Shown in pieces: positions 1 through 10,445 of a stretch of DNA of 48,262 bases. The first letter of the stretch is position 1. Every line of letters begins with the position of its first letter. Origin of the DNA: an uncultured Slackia sp. (lineage in GTDB: Bacteria; Actinomycetota; Coriobacteriia; Coriobacteriales; Eggerthellaceae); NCBI GenBank assembly GCA_964438035.1, contig CAYTIS010000001.1, positions 1 to 48,262 on the forward strand, written 5' to 3'. A program made the position numbers and the translations under genes. The notes beneath the pieces are model-generated. The model was not told where the DNA came from. It saw only the letters and a program-made list of their open reading frames with translations, and did no database searches.

Positions 1-19
1 GAGCGGTAATTTCAGTCAC
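1..19 (-). CDS. atpA: F1 ATP synthase subunit alpha, 5' end only (truncated by window edge)
   Basis: GTG overlapping the atpH stop (TAGTG) after RBS GGAGG; reads MTEITA; canonical position after atpH. Confidence 0.75.
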
Positions 20-597
20 TAGCATTCACCTCCATCGTTTGTTTCCGTAAGCACCGCTCGAGCGTGCTCCAACTGAGACGCCACGCTCGCATCGATGCGT
101 TTTCCATGAGTGCTCATGATGATGCCGCCCAGAATGGACTTGTCGATGCGCTCACGCAGCACAACGTTTTTGCCCAGGTCCTCGGACAACTTCCCGGTGA
201 TAACCTCGCGAAGCTCGTCGTCGAGTTCCACCACCGTGGTCACATCGACGACGCATACATCCAGCCTCTCTTCAAATGCTTCCTGATAGGCGTGCACAAC
301 CTGCGAAAGCTGCCCAAGGTTTTCGCGCTCAGCCATAACGGCAAGAACACTGCGAATCAAAGGATCCGCGTCCTTGAACACAGCTTCGGCCAGTCCACAA
401 CGCTGCTTGGCAGAGAGAGCCGGATTGGACAGAGCTTCGCGAAGATCCGCATTGCCACGGTAGATAAACAGCACCCGCTCTAACTGGTCACGCACCTCGA
501 GCACGCGCTTCAGCTCGCCCTCCTTCAGGGCAGCATCTAAAAGCACGCCCGCATAGGCGGCAACTTCTTCCTTAACGAGCAGGCGATCAGTTGGCAT
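19..597 (-). CDS. atpH: ATP synthase F1 subunit delta
   Basis: C-terminal IDKSILGGIIMSTHGKRIDASV typical of delta/OSCP; follows atpF. Confidence 0.95.
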   Translation of the reverse strand: MPTDRLLVKEEVAAYAGVLLDAALKEGELKRVLEVRDQLERVLFIYRGNADLREALSNPALSAKQRCGLAEAVFKDADPLIRSVLAVMAERENLGQLSQVVHAYQEAFEERLDVCVVDVTTVVELDDELREVITGKLSEDLGKNVVLRERIDKSILGGIIMSTHGKRIDASVASQLEHARAVLTETNDGGEC

Positions 598-1201
598 CGA
601 AGCTACCTGCCTCTTCGACGTAGCGCTTAATTAACCTGCGATGCTCTTCATCGGACACATCATTTCCGACAAGCCTCGCTGTTACAGCAACTGCGACATC
701 GGCAACGGACGCCTGAAGCTCAGCTCTGGCCGCCTTTTTGTCCGCCTCAATAGCCACACGGGCCTTTTCGATCATGTCGGCAGCTTCCTGCTGCGCCTTA
801 GCGGTAATCTCAGCCTTCACATCCTCGCCGGTCTGCTTTGCCTCAGCAATAATCTTGGAGGCCTGGGTCTTCGCTTCGGCGAGCTCTTGCCTGTACTCAG
901 CAAGCACGCGTTCGCTCTCCTGGCGCGCCTCTTCGGCATGTTTCAAATCGTCGCGAATCGTGTTCGAGCGCTTCTCCAGCATACCGTCGAAGAGCGGCCA
1001 GCCGAACTTCGCAAGGACGATCCACAGGATGATGAAGGCGACGAGCATGGGAATAAACTCGTTCATCGAAGGGAGGATGGCATTGATGCCCCCTTCCTCC
1101 TCTTCGGAAGCGAATGCATACGCCGGACAGGCCAGGGCCGCAACAAGCGCTACGGTGAGCGCGCATGCGAGCCTCGCTGTCTTGGTCTTGTACGCTGTCA
1201 A
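587..1201 (-). CDS. atpF: ATP synthase F0 subunit b (N-terminal signal-peptide-like extension)
   Basis: AFIILWIVLAKFGWPLF TM followed by long charged coiled coil; TTG start at 1201 behind AGGAGG (ORF track start 1264 probably too long). Confidence 0.93.
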   Translation of the reverse strand: MTAYKTKTARLACALTVALVAALACPAYAFASEEEEGGINAILPSMNEFIPMLVAFIILWIVLAKFGWPLFDGMLEKRSNTIRDDLKHAEEARQESERVLAEYRQELAEAKTQASKIIAEAKQTGEDVKAEITAKAQQEAADMIEKARVAIEADKKAARAELQASVADVAVAVTARLVGNDVSDEEHRRLIKRYVEEAGSFDAN

Positions 1202-1256
1202 CTCGCTTGCCTCCTGTCTTTTCTCGTGAGAGTCATGCGATACAAACGAAGCAAGA

Positions 1257-1475
1257 CTAGACAATCAAGCACAGGAGGAAGCCAAACAGCACCATGGCCT
1301 CAATCATCGCAGCGCCGACGATGAAGTACGTCATGAGCTGACCTTTGATTTCGGGCTGGCGGGCGGCCGCAGAGCAGAGGCCATACGCGGCAATACCGAT
1401 GCCGAGAGCAGGCCCGAAGGTGGCGACACCGTAGCCGATAACCTTCAGCGCGTCGAGTACAAAGATGGTTTCCAC
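1257..1475 (-). CDS. atpE: ATP synthase F0 subunit c
   Basis: ARQPE loop, conserved Glu in MIEAM (H+-type, no Q..ES/T Na+ motif); GTG at 1475 behind AAGGAGG. Confidence 0.95.
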   Translation of the reverse strand: METIFVLDALKVIGYGVATFGPALGIGIAAYGLCSAAARQPEIKGQLMTYFIVGAAMIEAMVLFGFLLCLIV

Positions 1476-1678
1476 AGTTTCCTCCTTCGACGGCTTCGTC
1501 TTCATGCGAAGCCCTAGGCTATATTGCTCAGCTGAGGGGTGCAGCTGCAACACCAATATTGATTCGAGCCTTGACACAGAATGTGCCGGGAGAGACCCGA
1601 CCTATTCCACGCACATGAGGGAAGGCGGCTCGCAGTGTACACAACAAGAAGCGCCCGTTGCGCACACATCCCTCCCAA

Positions 1679-2473
1679 TCAGTGAGGATGCAAGGCCCCA
1701 CCGATGTAGGAAGCAGATAAGGTTGCAAATACGAAGGCCTGTATGAGTGCCACGAGACACTCCAAGACGTACATAGCAAACAGCAGGGCGACCCATGCCA
1801 CGGACGGCAAAGCAACAAGCAGGTTCATTGAGCCGGAGAACAACGCCGCCTGAACAAAGCACGTAGCAGCAACACCGAAGACGGCAAGCATTATGTGTCC
1901 AGCGAACATGTTGCCATACAGTCGAACGGCGAGCGTAAGGACACGAACAAGCGTGGAAATCAATTCAATCGTCCAGACGATGGGAACCATAAAAATGGGA
2001 AGTCCATGCGGACAAAGACTTTTGAGATAGCCTCCAACGCCGTTGGCCTTGATTCCGCAGACGATGAAGTATACGAAAGAAATCGCGGCAAGAGCCCAGG
2101 TACAAGAGATGGTGCCGGTAGCCGTCTTGAATCCCGGAACCAAGCCTAGGACATTGCACACCAAGATAAAGAAGAACAGCGTTGCCAAAAAGGGCACATG
2201 CTTTTTGAATCCCTCACCGATAACGTCTTGGGCTATGGTCTTGCTCACCAGGTCATAGCCGTACTCCACCGTATTGGAAAGCCGGCTGGAAGGAACCATC
2301 CGAAGTTTTTTCGCTGAGACAATCACGACAACCAAGGTGACGATAGTCGCAATAAAAAGCCAGATGACGTACTGGGTTACGTCCCATCCGCCTATACTGA
2401 AAACCACATGAGGATCCATTTCTGAGGCAAGACCTTGCGCCTCTTCGACAAGCATATCAAGAGCTTCGCCCAT
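1679..2473 (-). CDS. atpB: ATP synthase F0 subunit a
   Basis: RVLTLAVRLYGNMFAGH and LIQAFVFATL motifs. Confidence 0.96.
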   Translation of the reverse strand: MGEALDMLVEEAQGLASEMDPHVVFSIGGWDVTQYVIWLFIATIVTLVVVIVSAKKLRMVPSSRLSNTVEYGYDLVSKTIAQDVIGEGFKKHVPFLATLFFFILVCNVLGLVPGFKTATGTISCTWALAAISFVYFIVCGIKANGVGGYLKSLCPHGLPIFMVPIVWTIELISTLVRVLTLAVRLYGNMFAGHIMLAVFGVAATCFVQAALFSGSMNLLVALPSVAWVALLFAMYVLECLVALIQAFVFATLSASYIGGALHPH

Positions 2474-2499
2474 GAGTTTCCTTCCTTAACCGACGTTTC

Positions 2500-2841
2500 T
2501 CACTTCTGCAGTTTGCCCTTGGCAAACACAACCTTATGAAGGGCATACGCAACCGTGCAGCCCAAAAACACCACGACTTCAGCGACGGTAAAAGGCACCA
2601 ACAAATCGCGCGCCAGCAGTGCACACACGAGTATCGATCCCATCAGTACAATTAATGAGACGAACGCACCGCCCAAGGCAAATGAACCAATGGATAGAGG
2701 CCTGATGGAGGCGGAATGCCTCAGAAGCCCCGACGAGGCGCAGAATGGCAGGAATCCGACGAATCCTGCAAGCATTCCCAGTCCAATCGTCATAGGGCGC
2801 TGGTCACTCTCCTTGTTCACGGCATAGATGGCATTGCGCAT
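2500..2841 (-). CDS. AtpI-like membrane protein (start uncertain)
   Basis: Small multi-TM ORF immediately upstream of atpB; the call is by position. Confidence 0.6.
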   Translation of the reverse strand: MRNAIYAVNKESDQRPMTIGLGMLAGFVGFLPFCASSGLLRHSASIRPLSIGSFALGGAFVSLIVLMGSILVCALLARDLLVPFTVAEVVVFLGCTVAYALHKVVFAKGKLQK

Positions 2842-2990
2842 ACGTCGGCAAATCCGGCAAGCGCGACGTATGCTAACAAAAAATCTCCGGCTTGAAAGCA
2901 CCAATGGAATGAAAAGCTGGAAATTTCGCGCCTATTTGGATGATTTTGCCCGAAGCTTCTGTTTGCATAGAGTCACACAGAGGTTGTGCG

Positions 2991-3467
2991 TCAGTTCTCC
3001 TCCCCTTCTTCTTCGGAATTCACGCGGCGAATAAGAATGTTGGTTTCGCCCAGAATCTCTTCGGAGAGCGCATCGGGATAGCCCTGGGCGTACACGATCT
3101 CTTTGATGCCCGCGTTGATGAGCATCTTGGCGCACACCACACAGGGATAGGTGGTGGTGTAGATGATGGAGCCGTCGATGGAAATGCCATAGCGGGCGGC
3201 CTGGATAATGGCGTTTTGCTCGGCGTGAAGGCCCCGGCAGATCTCGTGGCGCTGCCCGGAGGGGATACCCAGCTTTTCGCGCAGGCATCCAATCTCGCTG
3301 CTATGACGCACGCCCGAGGGCGCACCGTTGTAGCCCGTGGTAAGAATGCGCCGGTCTTTGACGATGATGGCACCCACGGCACGGCGCAGGCACGTGGAAC
3401 GCTTGGACACCTCAAAGGCGAGGTGGATGAAGTAGTGGTCCCACGAGGGACGTCTCATGTCGCGCAT
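2991..3467 (-). CDS. dCMP/cytidine deaminase family protein (ComEB-like)
   Basis: [19 protein letters not shown] and PCVVC zinc motifs; ATG 3467 behind GGAGG. Confidence 0.92.
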   Translation of the reverse strand: MRDMRRPSWDHYFIHLAFEVSKRSTCLRRAVGAIIVKDRRILTTGYNGAPSGVRHSSEIGCLREKLGIPSGQRHEICRGLHAEQNAIIQAARYGISIDGSIIYTTTYPCVVCAKMLINAGIKEIVYAQGYPDALSEEILGETNILIRRVNSEEEGEEN

Positions 3468-3697
3468 CGTTCCTCCCTTGAGGACAAAGGTATGGCGCCC
3501 TCCCTCTATAGCCAGAGAGGCCGCCATACAGCAGCCCCTCTTACATACCGTCAAGTGCATTCGCCGCAGCAGCCACGCCGCAAAAGTCGTGCGATTTCGC
3601 AGGCCACAGCGGGCAGAGCGGGTGCTCACCTGCGCCGAATTGCATGTCGCCACAGCCAAAACCCTATCCCTGTGTTGGTCGCTTGCCGAAAGCGGAC

Positions 3698-4339
3698 CTA
3701 CGAGGTACCAAAGATACGATCACCTGCATCCCCTAGCCCGGGAAGAATATAAGCATTCTCGTTCAGGCCATCGTCCAAAACGCAGGCCCAGATACGCACG
3801 TCGGGGTCGGCAGCAAGGACGGCACGCACCCCTTCGGGCGCAGCCACCAGTACAAGCAGGCGCACGTCGCGGGCGCCGTGTTCGCGTAGGTAGCGCAGGC
3901 TAGCAATGGCACTTCCGCCCGTAGCAAGCATGGGGTCAAGCAAGAGCACCATAGCATCGTCGGTGCCAGCGGGAAGCTTGGCATAGTAGGGACGCGGCTG
4001 ATGGGTCTGCTCGTCACGCTCCATGCCCAGATGGCCTACCGGGGTCTGAGGCAGAATATCCAGCACCCCTTCGACCATACCCATACCCGCACGTAGGATA
4101 GGCACCGCCGCCAAGGCCCCAGCTGCGATGCGCTGAGCGGGCGCGTCGGCAAGGGGGGTGCGCACTGTGACGTCTTTGGTGGGCATGTCACGCAGGGCCT
4201 CATAGGTTTCCAGCATCGCCAGCTCACGCGCCAGCTCGCGGAAATGCTTGGGGTCGGTGCTCTCGTCGCGCAGAATTCCCACTTTGTGGGCCACGACGGG
4301 GTGGTCGATAACGGTGAAGCGATCATCAAACTGGTTCAA
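3698..4339 (-). CDS. upp: uracil phosphoribosyltransferase
   Basis: [28 protein letters not shown]. Confidence 0.97.
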   Translation of the reverse strand: MNQFDDRFTVIDHPVVAHKVGILRDESTDPKHFRELARELAMLETYEALRDMPTKDVTVRTPLADAPAQRIAAGALAAVPILRAGMGMVEGVLDILPQTPVGHLGMERDEQTHQPRPYYAKLPAGTDDAMVLLLDPMLATGGSAIASLRYLREHGARDVRLLVLVAAPEGVRAVLAADPDVRIWACVLDDGLNENAYILPGLGDAGDRIFGTS

Positions 4340-4386
4340 GAACGTCTCCTCTTGCTCGCGACAGCACGACGGCAGGGTGGCCTAGA

Positions 4387-5640
4387 CTAGAAGTCGTAGG
4401 TAGGATAGAGTGGGTGAGCTGCCAGAATTGCGCGCACCTCATCGGCAATCGCGGCAAGCTTGGTCTCGTCAGAGTGGGAGAATACTGCCGCAGCAATCAG
4501 CTCGCCCACGCGGCGGAACTCGGCGGCATCAAGACCACGCGTGGTAGCAGCAGCCGAACCCAGGCGGATACCGCTGGTGACAAACGGGCTGCGCGGCTCG
4601 TTGGGGATGGTATTTTTGTTCACCGTCATGCCCACGCTCTCAAGCAGCTTCTCGGCATCCTTTCCGGTCACATCGGCGGGGGTGAGGTCTACCAAACACA
4701 AATGGTTGTCCGTGCCGCCCGAAACCAGGCGCAGGCCTCCGGCCTTGAGGCCCTCTGCCAGCGCGGCCGAATTCTCCACCACACGATTGATGTAGTCGGC
4801 AAAGGAAGGCAAAAGCGCCTCCCCAAAGGCCACCGCCTTGCCGGCAATCACGTGCATGAGCGGACCGCCCTGGCTGCCAGGGAACACTGCCTTGTCGATG
4901 CGCTTTGCCATCTCCTCATCATTACACACAATAAGGCCACCGCGCGGACCGCGCAGGGTCTTGTGCGTAGTGGAAGTGACCACATCGGCATAGGGAACGG
5001 GGCTGGGATGGGCGCCAGTTGCCACCAGTCCCGCGATATGAGCCATATCCACCATGAAGTAAGCATCCACACTGTGAGCAATAGCGGCCATACGCTCAAA
5101 GTCGATGGTGCGCGGATAGGCACTGGCACCGCCTACGATGAGCTTGGGACGAAGCTCTTTGGCCATGCGCTCCATCCGGTCATAGTCGATGGTTTCGTCC
5201 TCGGTGAGGCCATAGCCGTGAAACTCATAGACCTTACCGCTGAAGTTGACTGGTGAGCCGTGCGTGAGATGTCCGCCGTTATCCAAGCTCATGCCCAGCA
5301 CCACATCGCCCGGCTTGAGCAGAGCAAAGTAGGCTGCCAGGTTAGCGTTGGCCCCGCAGTGGGGCTGCACGTTGGCAAAATTCGCGTTAAACAGCTCCTT
5401 GGCACGGTCGCGCGCAAGATTTTCGGCCACATCGACGCTTTCACAACCGCCGTAGTAGCGCTTAGCGGGATAGCCTTCGGCATATTTATTGGTAAGGACG
5501 CTTCCCACCGCTTCCATTACGGCAGTGCTGGTGAAGTTCTCCGAAGCGATAAGCTCAATGGAATCGCGCTGACGGGCAAGCTCGGCAGAGATTGCTGAAG
5601 CGACAGCCGGGTCGGCCTCCGAAAGGTAGGTGAAGGGCAT
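4387..5640 (-). CDS. glyA: serine hydroxymethyltransferase
   Basis: [34 protein letters not shown]. Confidence 0.98.
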   Translation of the reverse strand: MPFTYLSEADPAVASAISAELARQRDSIELIASENFTSTAVMEAVGSVLTNKYAEGYPAKRYYGGCESVDVAENLARDRAKELFNANFANVQPHCGANANLAAYFALLKPGDVVLGMSLDNGGHLTHGSPVNFSGKVYEFHGYGLTEDETIDYDRMERMAKELRPKLIVGGASAYPRTIDFERMAAIAHSVDAYFMVDMAHIAGLVATGAHPSPVPYADVVTSTTHKTLRGPRGGLIVCNDEEMAKRIDKAVFPGSQGGPLMHVIAGKAVAFGEALLPSFADYINRVVENSAALAEGLKAGGLRLVSGGTDNHLCLVDLTPADVTGKDAEKLLESVGMTVNKNTIPNEPRSPFVTSGIRLGSAAATTRGLDAAEFRRVGELIAAAVFSHSDETKLAAIADEVRAILAAHPLYPTYDF

Positions 5641-5674
5641 ATGATTCCTTCCACTCGATTGGCAACATCAGGGC

Positions 5675-5683
5675 ATCGTACCA
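5675..5683 (-). promoter_or_regulatory. putative extended -10 promoter of glyA (TGGTACGAT)
   Basis: TGnTAnnnT motif about 35 nt upstream of the start. Confidence 0.5.
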
Positions 5684-5801
5684 TCGCAGTGGCGCGCCGT
5701 CCCCGCAAAAAGCGGCCATGAAGCAAAAACCGCCCCACGGCGCTATGGGTTCTTCACAAACGAGGAAGGGTATGGTGGAGTGGGATTGCGCAGAGGCAAA
5801 A

Positions 5802-6287
5802 CTATCTGCGGATGACGTTGCCCTTGCCATCAACCGAGATGCCACCTTTGTCGGCATCCATCCGCATGATCTTGGCAACGCGCATGACATGGCGACCGCC
5901 CTCGAACTTGGTAGTAAGGAAGGTATCCACAATCTGCTTGTTGGTGTCCAGGTCAACATAGCGACCGGAAAGCGTAATCAGGTTGGCATCGTTGTGCTGG
6001 CGACACAGCTCGGCGAACTCCACCGTGGTGATGTTGGCGGCACGAATGCCCACCACCTTGTCGGCCGCCATGGCCATACCGATGCCGGTGCCACAGATCA
6101 GCACACCACGGTCGGCAGTACCATCGGACACGTCGTGGGCCACGGCGGCTGCGTAGTCGGGGTAATCCACACGGTTGCCATTGACAGGGCCACGGTCAAT
6201 GACCTCGTACCCGACCGCCTTGAGGTGTTCTATCAGCTCCTCCTTCTGCACAAAACCCGCATGATCACTCCCGATAGATACTTTCAT
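5802..6287 (-). CDS. rpiB: ribose-5-phosphate isomerase B
   Basis: GSDHAG, DYPD, CGTGIG, HNDAN, FEGGRH; ATG 6287 behind AAAGGA. Confidence 0.96.
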   Translation of the reverse strand: MKVSIGSDHAGFVQKEELIEHLKAVGYEVIDRGPVNGNRVDYPDYAAAVAHDVSDGTADRGVLICGTGIGMAMAADKVVGIRAANITTVEFAELCRQHNDANLITLSGRYVDLDTNKQIVDTFLTTKFEGGRHVMRVAKIMRMDADKGGISVDGKGNVIRR

Positions 6288-6808
6288 CGCACGTCCTTTC
6301 GATTGGCACGACCCACGTACCGCCGCATCATACCCAAGAACAAGCAGCACCGAAAGCCGCACCCGCCCCTCTCTCGACTGCGCGCTTGTTTCGTCAGGCA
6401 ATAGGGAAGATGCTCTGATGTTGAGCAGCTACAGGCAAGGCCACCCACCCGCCACACGGCGACTTCCTTGCCTGCGCAACTATGGCGCTCCAATACTTTC
6501 AAAGAAGGGGAGTACGCCCTCCTTCCTGTAGTAGCGCGTTCTCATTGCAGCTACAGCATCATCCTGCAGTCAGAGGGCTTCCTCCTACACTCCCTTGTTG
6601 AGGCAGCGCGCCCTGCGGGTATATGATGCAGCAATCATCTGACAGACGGCGAGGGTGTGCGGGCGCACTACTGAGCTTCGCTCTGCAGCCGATACTGCTC
6701 CTTTCGCATTGTTGCAGGTGTGCGCGTGCTTTTGCCGCCAAAGATGGTCGCATGCCGGATAGGGGCGTGCAGGCATACAGCGGGCGTACTAAGGAGAGAG
6801 GCGGTCAT

Positions 6809-7804
6809 ATGGAAGTGACTGAACTGGAGTTTCCCAGCACTGATGGTGTATCGACCATCAACGCTGCTCTCTGGCGGGCGAAGGAGGATGCGCCCGTGCG
6901 CGGCGTGGTGCAGGTGATTCACGGCATGGCTGAGCACAAGGGCCGCTATCTCCCCTTCATTGAATTTCTGGTCGATCAGGGCTTTGTCGTGTGTGCGCAC
7001 GACCACGTGGGGCACGGTAAGACGGCCTCAACCCCGGATGACTACGGCCACATTCCCCTTCGCGCGCCGGGCAACCCGGTCGCCAGCGGCGCGAACCCCA
7101 GGCAGGGCCGCACCCGCCGCCTGAGTGGAGCCGACATCCTCATCGCCGACACTCACCAGCTGCGCTGTACCATGCAGGAGCACCTCACCGACGTGCCTTA
7201 CGTGATGTTCGGTCACTCCATGGGTAGCTTCGTAGTGCGTTGCTACATCGCCCGTCACGGCGCGGGGTTGGCCGCTGCCATCCTGTGTGGCACGGGACAG
7301 GTGTCGCCTTTGCTCTCGCGCGGGGGGCTGGTTATCACGCGGATACTGGCGGCCCTGCACGGTCAGCGTTACCGCAGCTCGTTTGTCGATTCCCTCGGTG
7401 CAGGAGCATACGCGCGTAAGGTTTCTGAAGCGAGGACCGTCTACGATTGGATATCGCCCGAACGCGATGCCGTAAACGAATACGCCTCAGATGCCGCCTG
7501 CGGTTTCATGTTCACCGTGGGAGGATATGCGGCCTTGGCAGGCCTGACGCTTGCGTGTGTATCGCCGAAAGCTGCCGCTCAGGTGCCCAAGAATCTGCCC
7601 CTCCTGTTCATTTCAGGTCAGGAAGATCCCGTGGGTGACCAGGGTAAAGGCGTGGATGCAGCGGTGGCCGAGTACCGCCAGGCCGGACTCGCCACGGTGG
7701 ACGAGCGCCTGTATCCAGGGATGCGCCACGAGATTGTAAACCGCCCGCCAGGTGCCACCGTGCGCGAAGACGTGGCAGCATGGCTCACTGAACAGGGAAT
7801 ATAG
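6809..7804 (+). CDS. alpha/beta hydrolase (lysophospholipase/monoacylglycerol lipase-like, Hydrolase_4)
   Basis: HGMAEH, DHVGHG, GHSMG nucleophile elbow, D in SGQEDPV, H in GMRHE; ATG 6809 after AGGAGAGAGG. Confidence 0.9.
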   Translation: MEVTELEFPSTDGVSTINAALWRAKEDAPVRGVVQVIHGMAEHKGRYLPFIEFLVDQGFVVCAHDHVGHGKTASTPDDYGHIPLRAPGNPVASGANPRQGRTRRLSGADILIADTHQLRCTMQEHLTDVPYVMFGHSMGSFVVRCYIARHGAGLAAAILCGTGQVSPLLSRGGLVITRILAALHGQRYRSSFVDSLGAGAYARKVSEARTVYDWISPERDAVNEYASDAACGFMFTVGGYAALAGLTLACVSPKAAAQVPKNLPLLFISGQEDPVGDQGKGVDAAVAEYRQAGLATVDERLYPGMRHEIVNRPPGATVREDVAAWLTEQGI

Positions 7805-7974
7805 CGGGCTGTGCACCCTTTTCATCGGCATTCGGGGAAGAGCTTTCAGCCACTCGTTTCTCCCGTGCTCTTTCCTCCCAAACCCGCCCGATCAACCTTC
7901 GACCACATCTGACAGCTCCTATCCGCAGCGACCGCACTTAACGTGGCCGCTCAAATACAGTGAAGGAGACGAAC

Positions 7975-9471
7975 ATGGACAAGAAAACCTACGTGCTCGC
8001 GCTTGACCAGGGAACCACCTCGTCGCGCGCCACCCTCTTTGACCGCATGGGCTCCATCGCCGGGCTTGCCCAACACCCGTTCAGGCAAATCTACCCCCAG
8101 CCGGGCTGGGTGGAGCACGATCCTCGTGAGATAGCATCATCCCAACTGGGCGTGCTGACCGAGGTGCTGGTATCCAGCGGCGTTTTGCCTCATCAGATTG
8201 ACAGTATCGGCATCACTAACCAGCGCGAAACCACGGTGGTGTGGGATCGCCAGACAGGCGAGCCGGTGTACAACGCGATTGTGTGGCAGTGCCGACGCAC
8301 CACTGAGCTGGTAGAGCACATCTGCGGCGACCCCGAGGTGTCGGCGTGCGTTACAGCCAAGACAGGACTTGTCCCCGACGCGTATTTTTCCGCCAGCAAG
8401 ATACGGTGGATTCTGGACAACGTCCAAGGTGCGCGCGAGGCGGCTGAGGCAGGGCGGCTAGCCTTCGGCACAGTGGACACATGGCTCATCTGGAAGCTTA
8501 CGGGTGGTGCCGTGCACGCTACCGATGTGACCAACGCCAGTCGTACGATGCTTTTCGATATCCATCACGGTACCTGGGATGATGAGCTCTTAGAGCTGTT
8601 TGACATTCCCGTATCAATGATGCCCGAGGTGCGGCCTTCTTCGGGCGACTTTGGCATCACGGCGCATCCGGGTCTGCCGGAGGGCATTCCCATTCGTGGA
8701 GTGGCGGGTGACCAGCAGGCGGCTCTGTTCGGCCAGTGCTGTACCGAGGCGGGGCAGGCCAAAAACACCTACGGCACCGGCTGCTTTTTGCTTATGCATA
8801 CGGGGGCGACTCCCGTGGCTTCTTCCCACGGGCTGGTCACTACGGTGGCGGCGAGCGCGCCGGGTTCCCAAGGACTTGAATACGCGCTTGAGGGCAGTGT
8901 GTTTGTGGCCGGAGCGCTCATCCAGTGGTTGCGCGATGAACTGGGCATTATCTCGTCGGCTGCCGAAAGTGAGTGCTTGGCGCGAAGCGTTGAGGACACG
9001 GCGGGCGTTTACGTGGTGCCCGCCTTCACGGGCCTGGGTGCTCCGTATTGGGATGCCCAGGCGCGCGGTGCCATCCTCGGTCTCACGCGCGGCACCACCA
9101 AGGCCCATATCGCGCGGGCGGCACTTGAGGCTCTGGCGTTTCAGGTGGCCGATGTGGCTTATACCATGGAGCAGGACGGCGGTATCCCCCTATCCGAGCT
9201 GAACGTGGACGGTGGTGCTGCAAGCAATGACTTTCTGCTGCAATTCCAAGCCGACATTCTTGGTGCGCGCCTGCGGCGCCCTCAGGTCATCGAGAGTACG
9301 GCGGTGGGTGCGGCGTTTCTGGCGGGTCTTTCCACGGGGTTCTGGAGTGACATTGCTGAGCTGCGCTCCTTGCGCTCTGCCGACGATATGTTTACCCCTA
9401 TGATGAACGATTCCCAGCGCACAAGCCGCCTCGAGGCCTGGCACAAAGCCGTCACCCGCGTCATGCACTAA
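7975..9471 (+). CDS. glpK: glycerol kinase
   Basis: LDQGTTSSR, GITNQRETT, TNASRT, GDQQAALFGQ, KNTYGTG; ATG 7975 after GAAGGAG. Confidence 0.97.
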   Translation: MDKKTYVLALDQGTTSSRATLFDRMGSIAGLAQHPFRQIYPQPGWVEHDPREIASSQLGVLTEVLVSSGVLPHQIDSIGITNQRETTVVWDRQTGEPVYNAIVWQCRRTTELVEHICGDPEVSACVTAKTGLVPDAYFSASKIRWILDNVQGAREAAEAGRLAFGTVDTWLIWKLTGGAVHATDVTNASRTMLFDIHHGTWDDELLELFDIPVSMMPEVRPSSGDFGITAHPGLPEGIPIRGVAGDQQAALFGQCCTEAGQAKNTYGTGCFLLMHTGATPVASSHGLVTTVAASAPGSQGLEYALEGSVFVAGALIQWLRDELGIISSAAESECLARSVEDTAGVYVVPAFTGLGAPYWDAQARGAILGLTRGTTKAHIARAALEALAFQVADVAYTMEQDGGIPLSELNVDGGAASNDFLLQFQADILGARLRRPQVIESTAVGAAFLAGLSTGFWSDIAELRSLRSADDMFTPMMNDSQRTSRLEAWHKAVTRVMH

Positions 9472-9515
9472 TTCGGTACCTCTGTCCTAGCAGGCGTGGC
9501 CGCCCGTGCACGTTA

Positions 9516-10445
9516 CTACCCTGCTACCAGAAGAATCACTGTTATGAGGGTAGCTCCGGTAATAAAAGGAACGAAGGGGAATGTGGTCGCAAGAAACTCT
9601 GATGAGGGCGACACATTATTGAGGCTGACCGTACGTGCCGCTGCCCCTGAGGTATCCGCAGTTTCATCCCCACAAGCGCAGTCCGGACCACCCGGGCCAT
9701 CCGAAGTATTGAACAGTCCAGAAGCATGTGAGACCTTGAGACATGCAAGGGCTTTAGCGGCAGCACGATTGCAAGGCAAGACATCTTGAGCCTGGCGACG
9801 GGAATGCGGGGTCGTGAGTACGACAACTGCAGCCACGAGAGCCTGTCCTGTGAGGGCGAGCAGGCTTGAGAGGCCCATCGCAACAAGACCGCCACCCGGC
9901 CCTAGGTACAGACCCACGACGAAGAGTAGCTTTACGTCTCCCCCGCCCAGCGCCATGCGCCCCGAACGCGCCTCCAAAAGCGCACCGCACAGAAGGGAGA
10001 ATCCTCCCGCAATGAGACCGCCGATGAAGCCTTCGCCAACCCAGGTCAGGCCCGCGTGCCCGTAGGCAAACACGAACGGACACCGGCCCAGCACCACACC
10101 AAACACCGCAGCAACCGCCCACACGATGATTCCTACAACAAGTGAGGCCTGCGGCACAAGGCGCGTACGCACATCCACAACCGAGGCTCTCACAAGTGCC
10201 GCTGCAAAAATCGCGTAGACAACGAAGGCGCCTATCGCAAGCAGTATCGCCTCAGGGCCATCAACGGTGCTCGATACTTCCACGAGCAAAGCACTGCTTT
10301 TCTGATCCGCAACTTCCGAGAAAGCAAAGGTTCCGACAGCTTCGGAGGTGGTGACGGGGGCAGACACAAAACCAGCGTGCGACGCGGCACGCAACACACC
10401 GAACCGCTCCGCTGCCAGACTTTCGTATGTATGTATCGCATCCAT
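9516..10445 (-). CDS. prepilin peptidase, A24 family (start uncertain)
   Basis: VVDVRTRLVP and GGGDVKLL catalytic Asp motifs, C-terminal FPFVPFI, several TMs. Confidence 0.8.
   Translation of the reverse strand: MDAIHTYESLAAERFGVLRAASHAGFVSAPVTTSEAVGTFAFSEVADQKSSALLVEVSSTVDGPEAILLAIGAFVVYAIFAAALVRASVVDVRTRLVPQASLVVGIIVWAVAAVFGVVLGRCPFVFAYGHAGLTWVGEGFIGGLIAGGFSLLCGALLEARSGRMALGGGDVKLLFVVGLYLGPGGGLVAMGLSSLLALTGQALVAAVVVLTTPHSRRQAQDVLPCNRAAAKALACLKVSHASGLFNTSDGPGGPDCACGDETADTSGAAARTVSLNNVSPSSEFLATTFPFVPFITGATLITVILLVAG

Noticed and set aside
1257-1475. Na+-translocating ATP synthase
   Set aside because: Subunit c lacks the Gln and Glu-Ser/Thr sodium ligands
5641-5801. ZTP or THF riboswitch upstream of glyA
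   Set aside because: No consensus elements seen; the predicted promoter leaves only a short leader
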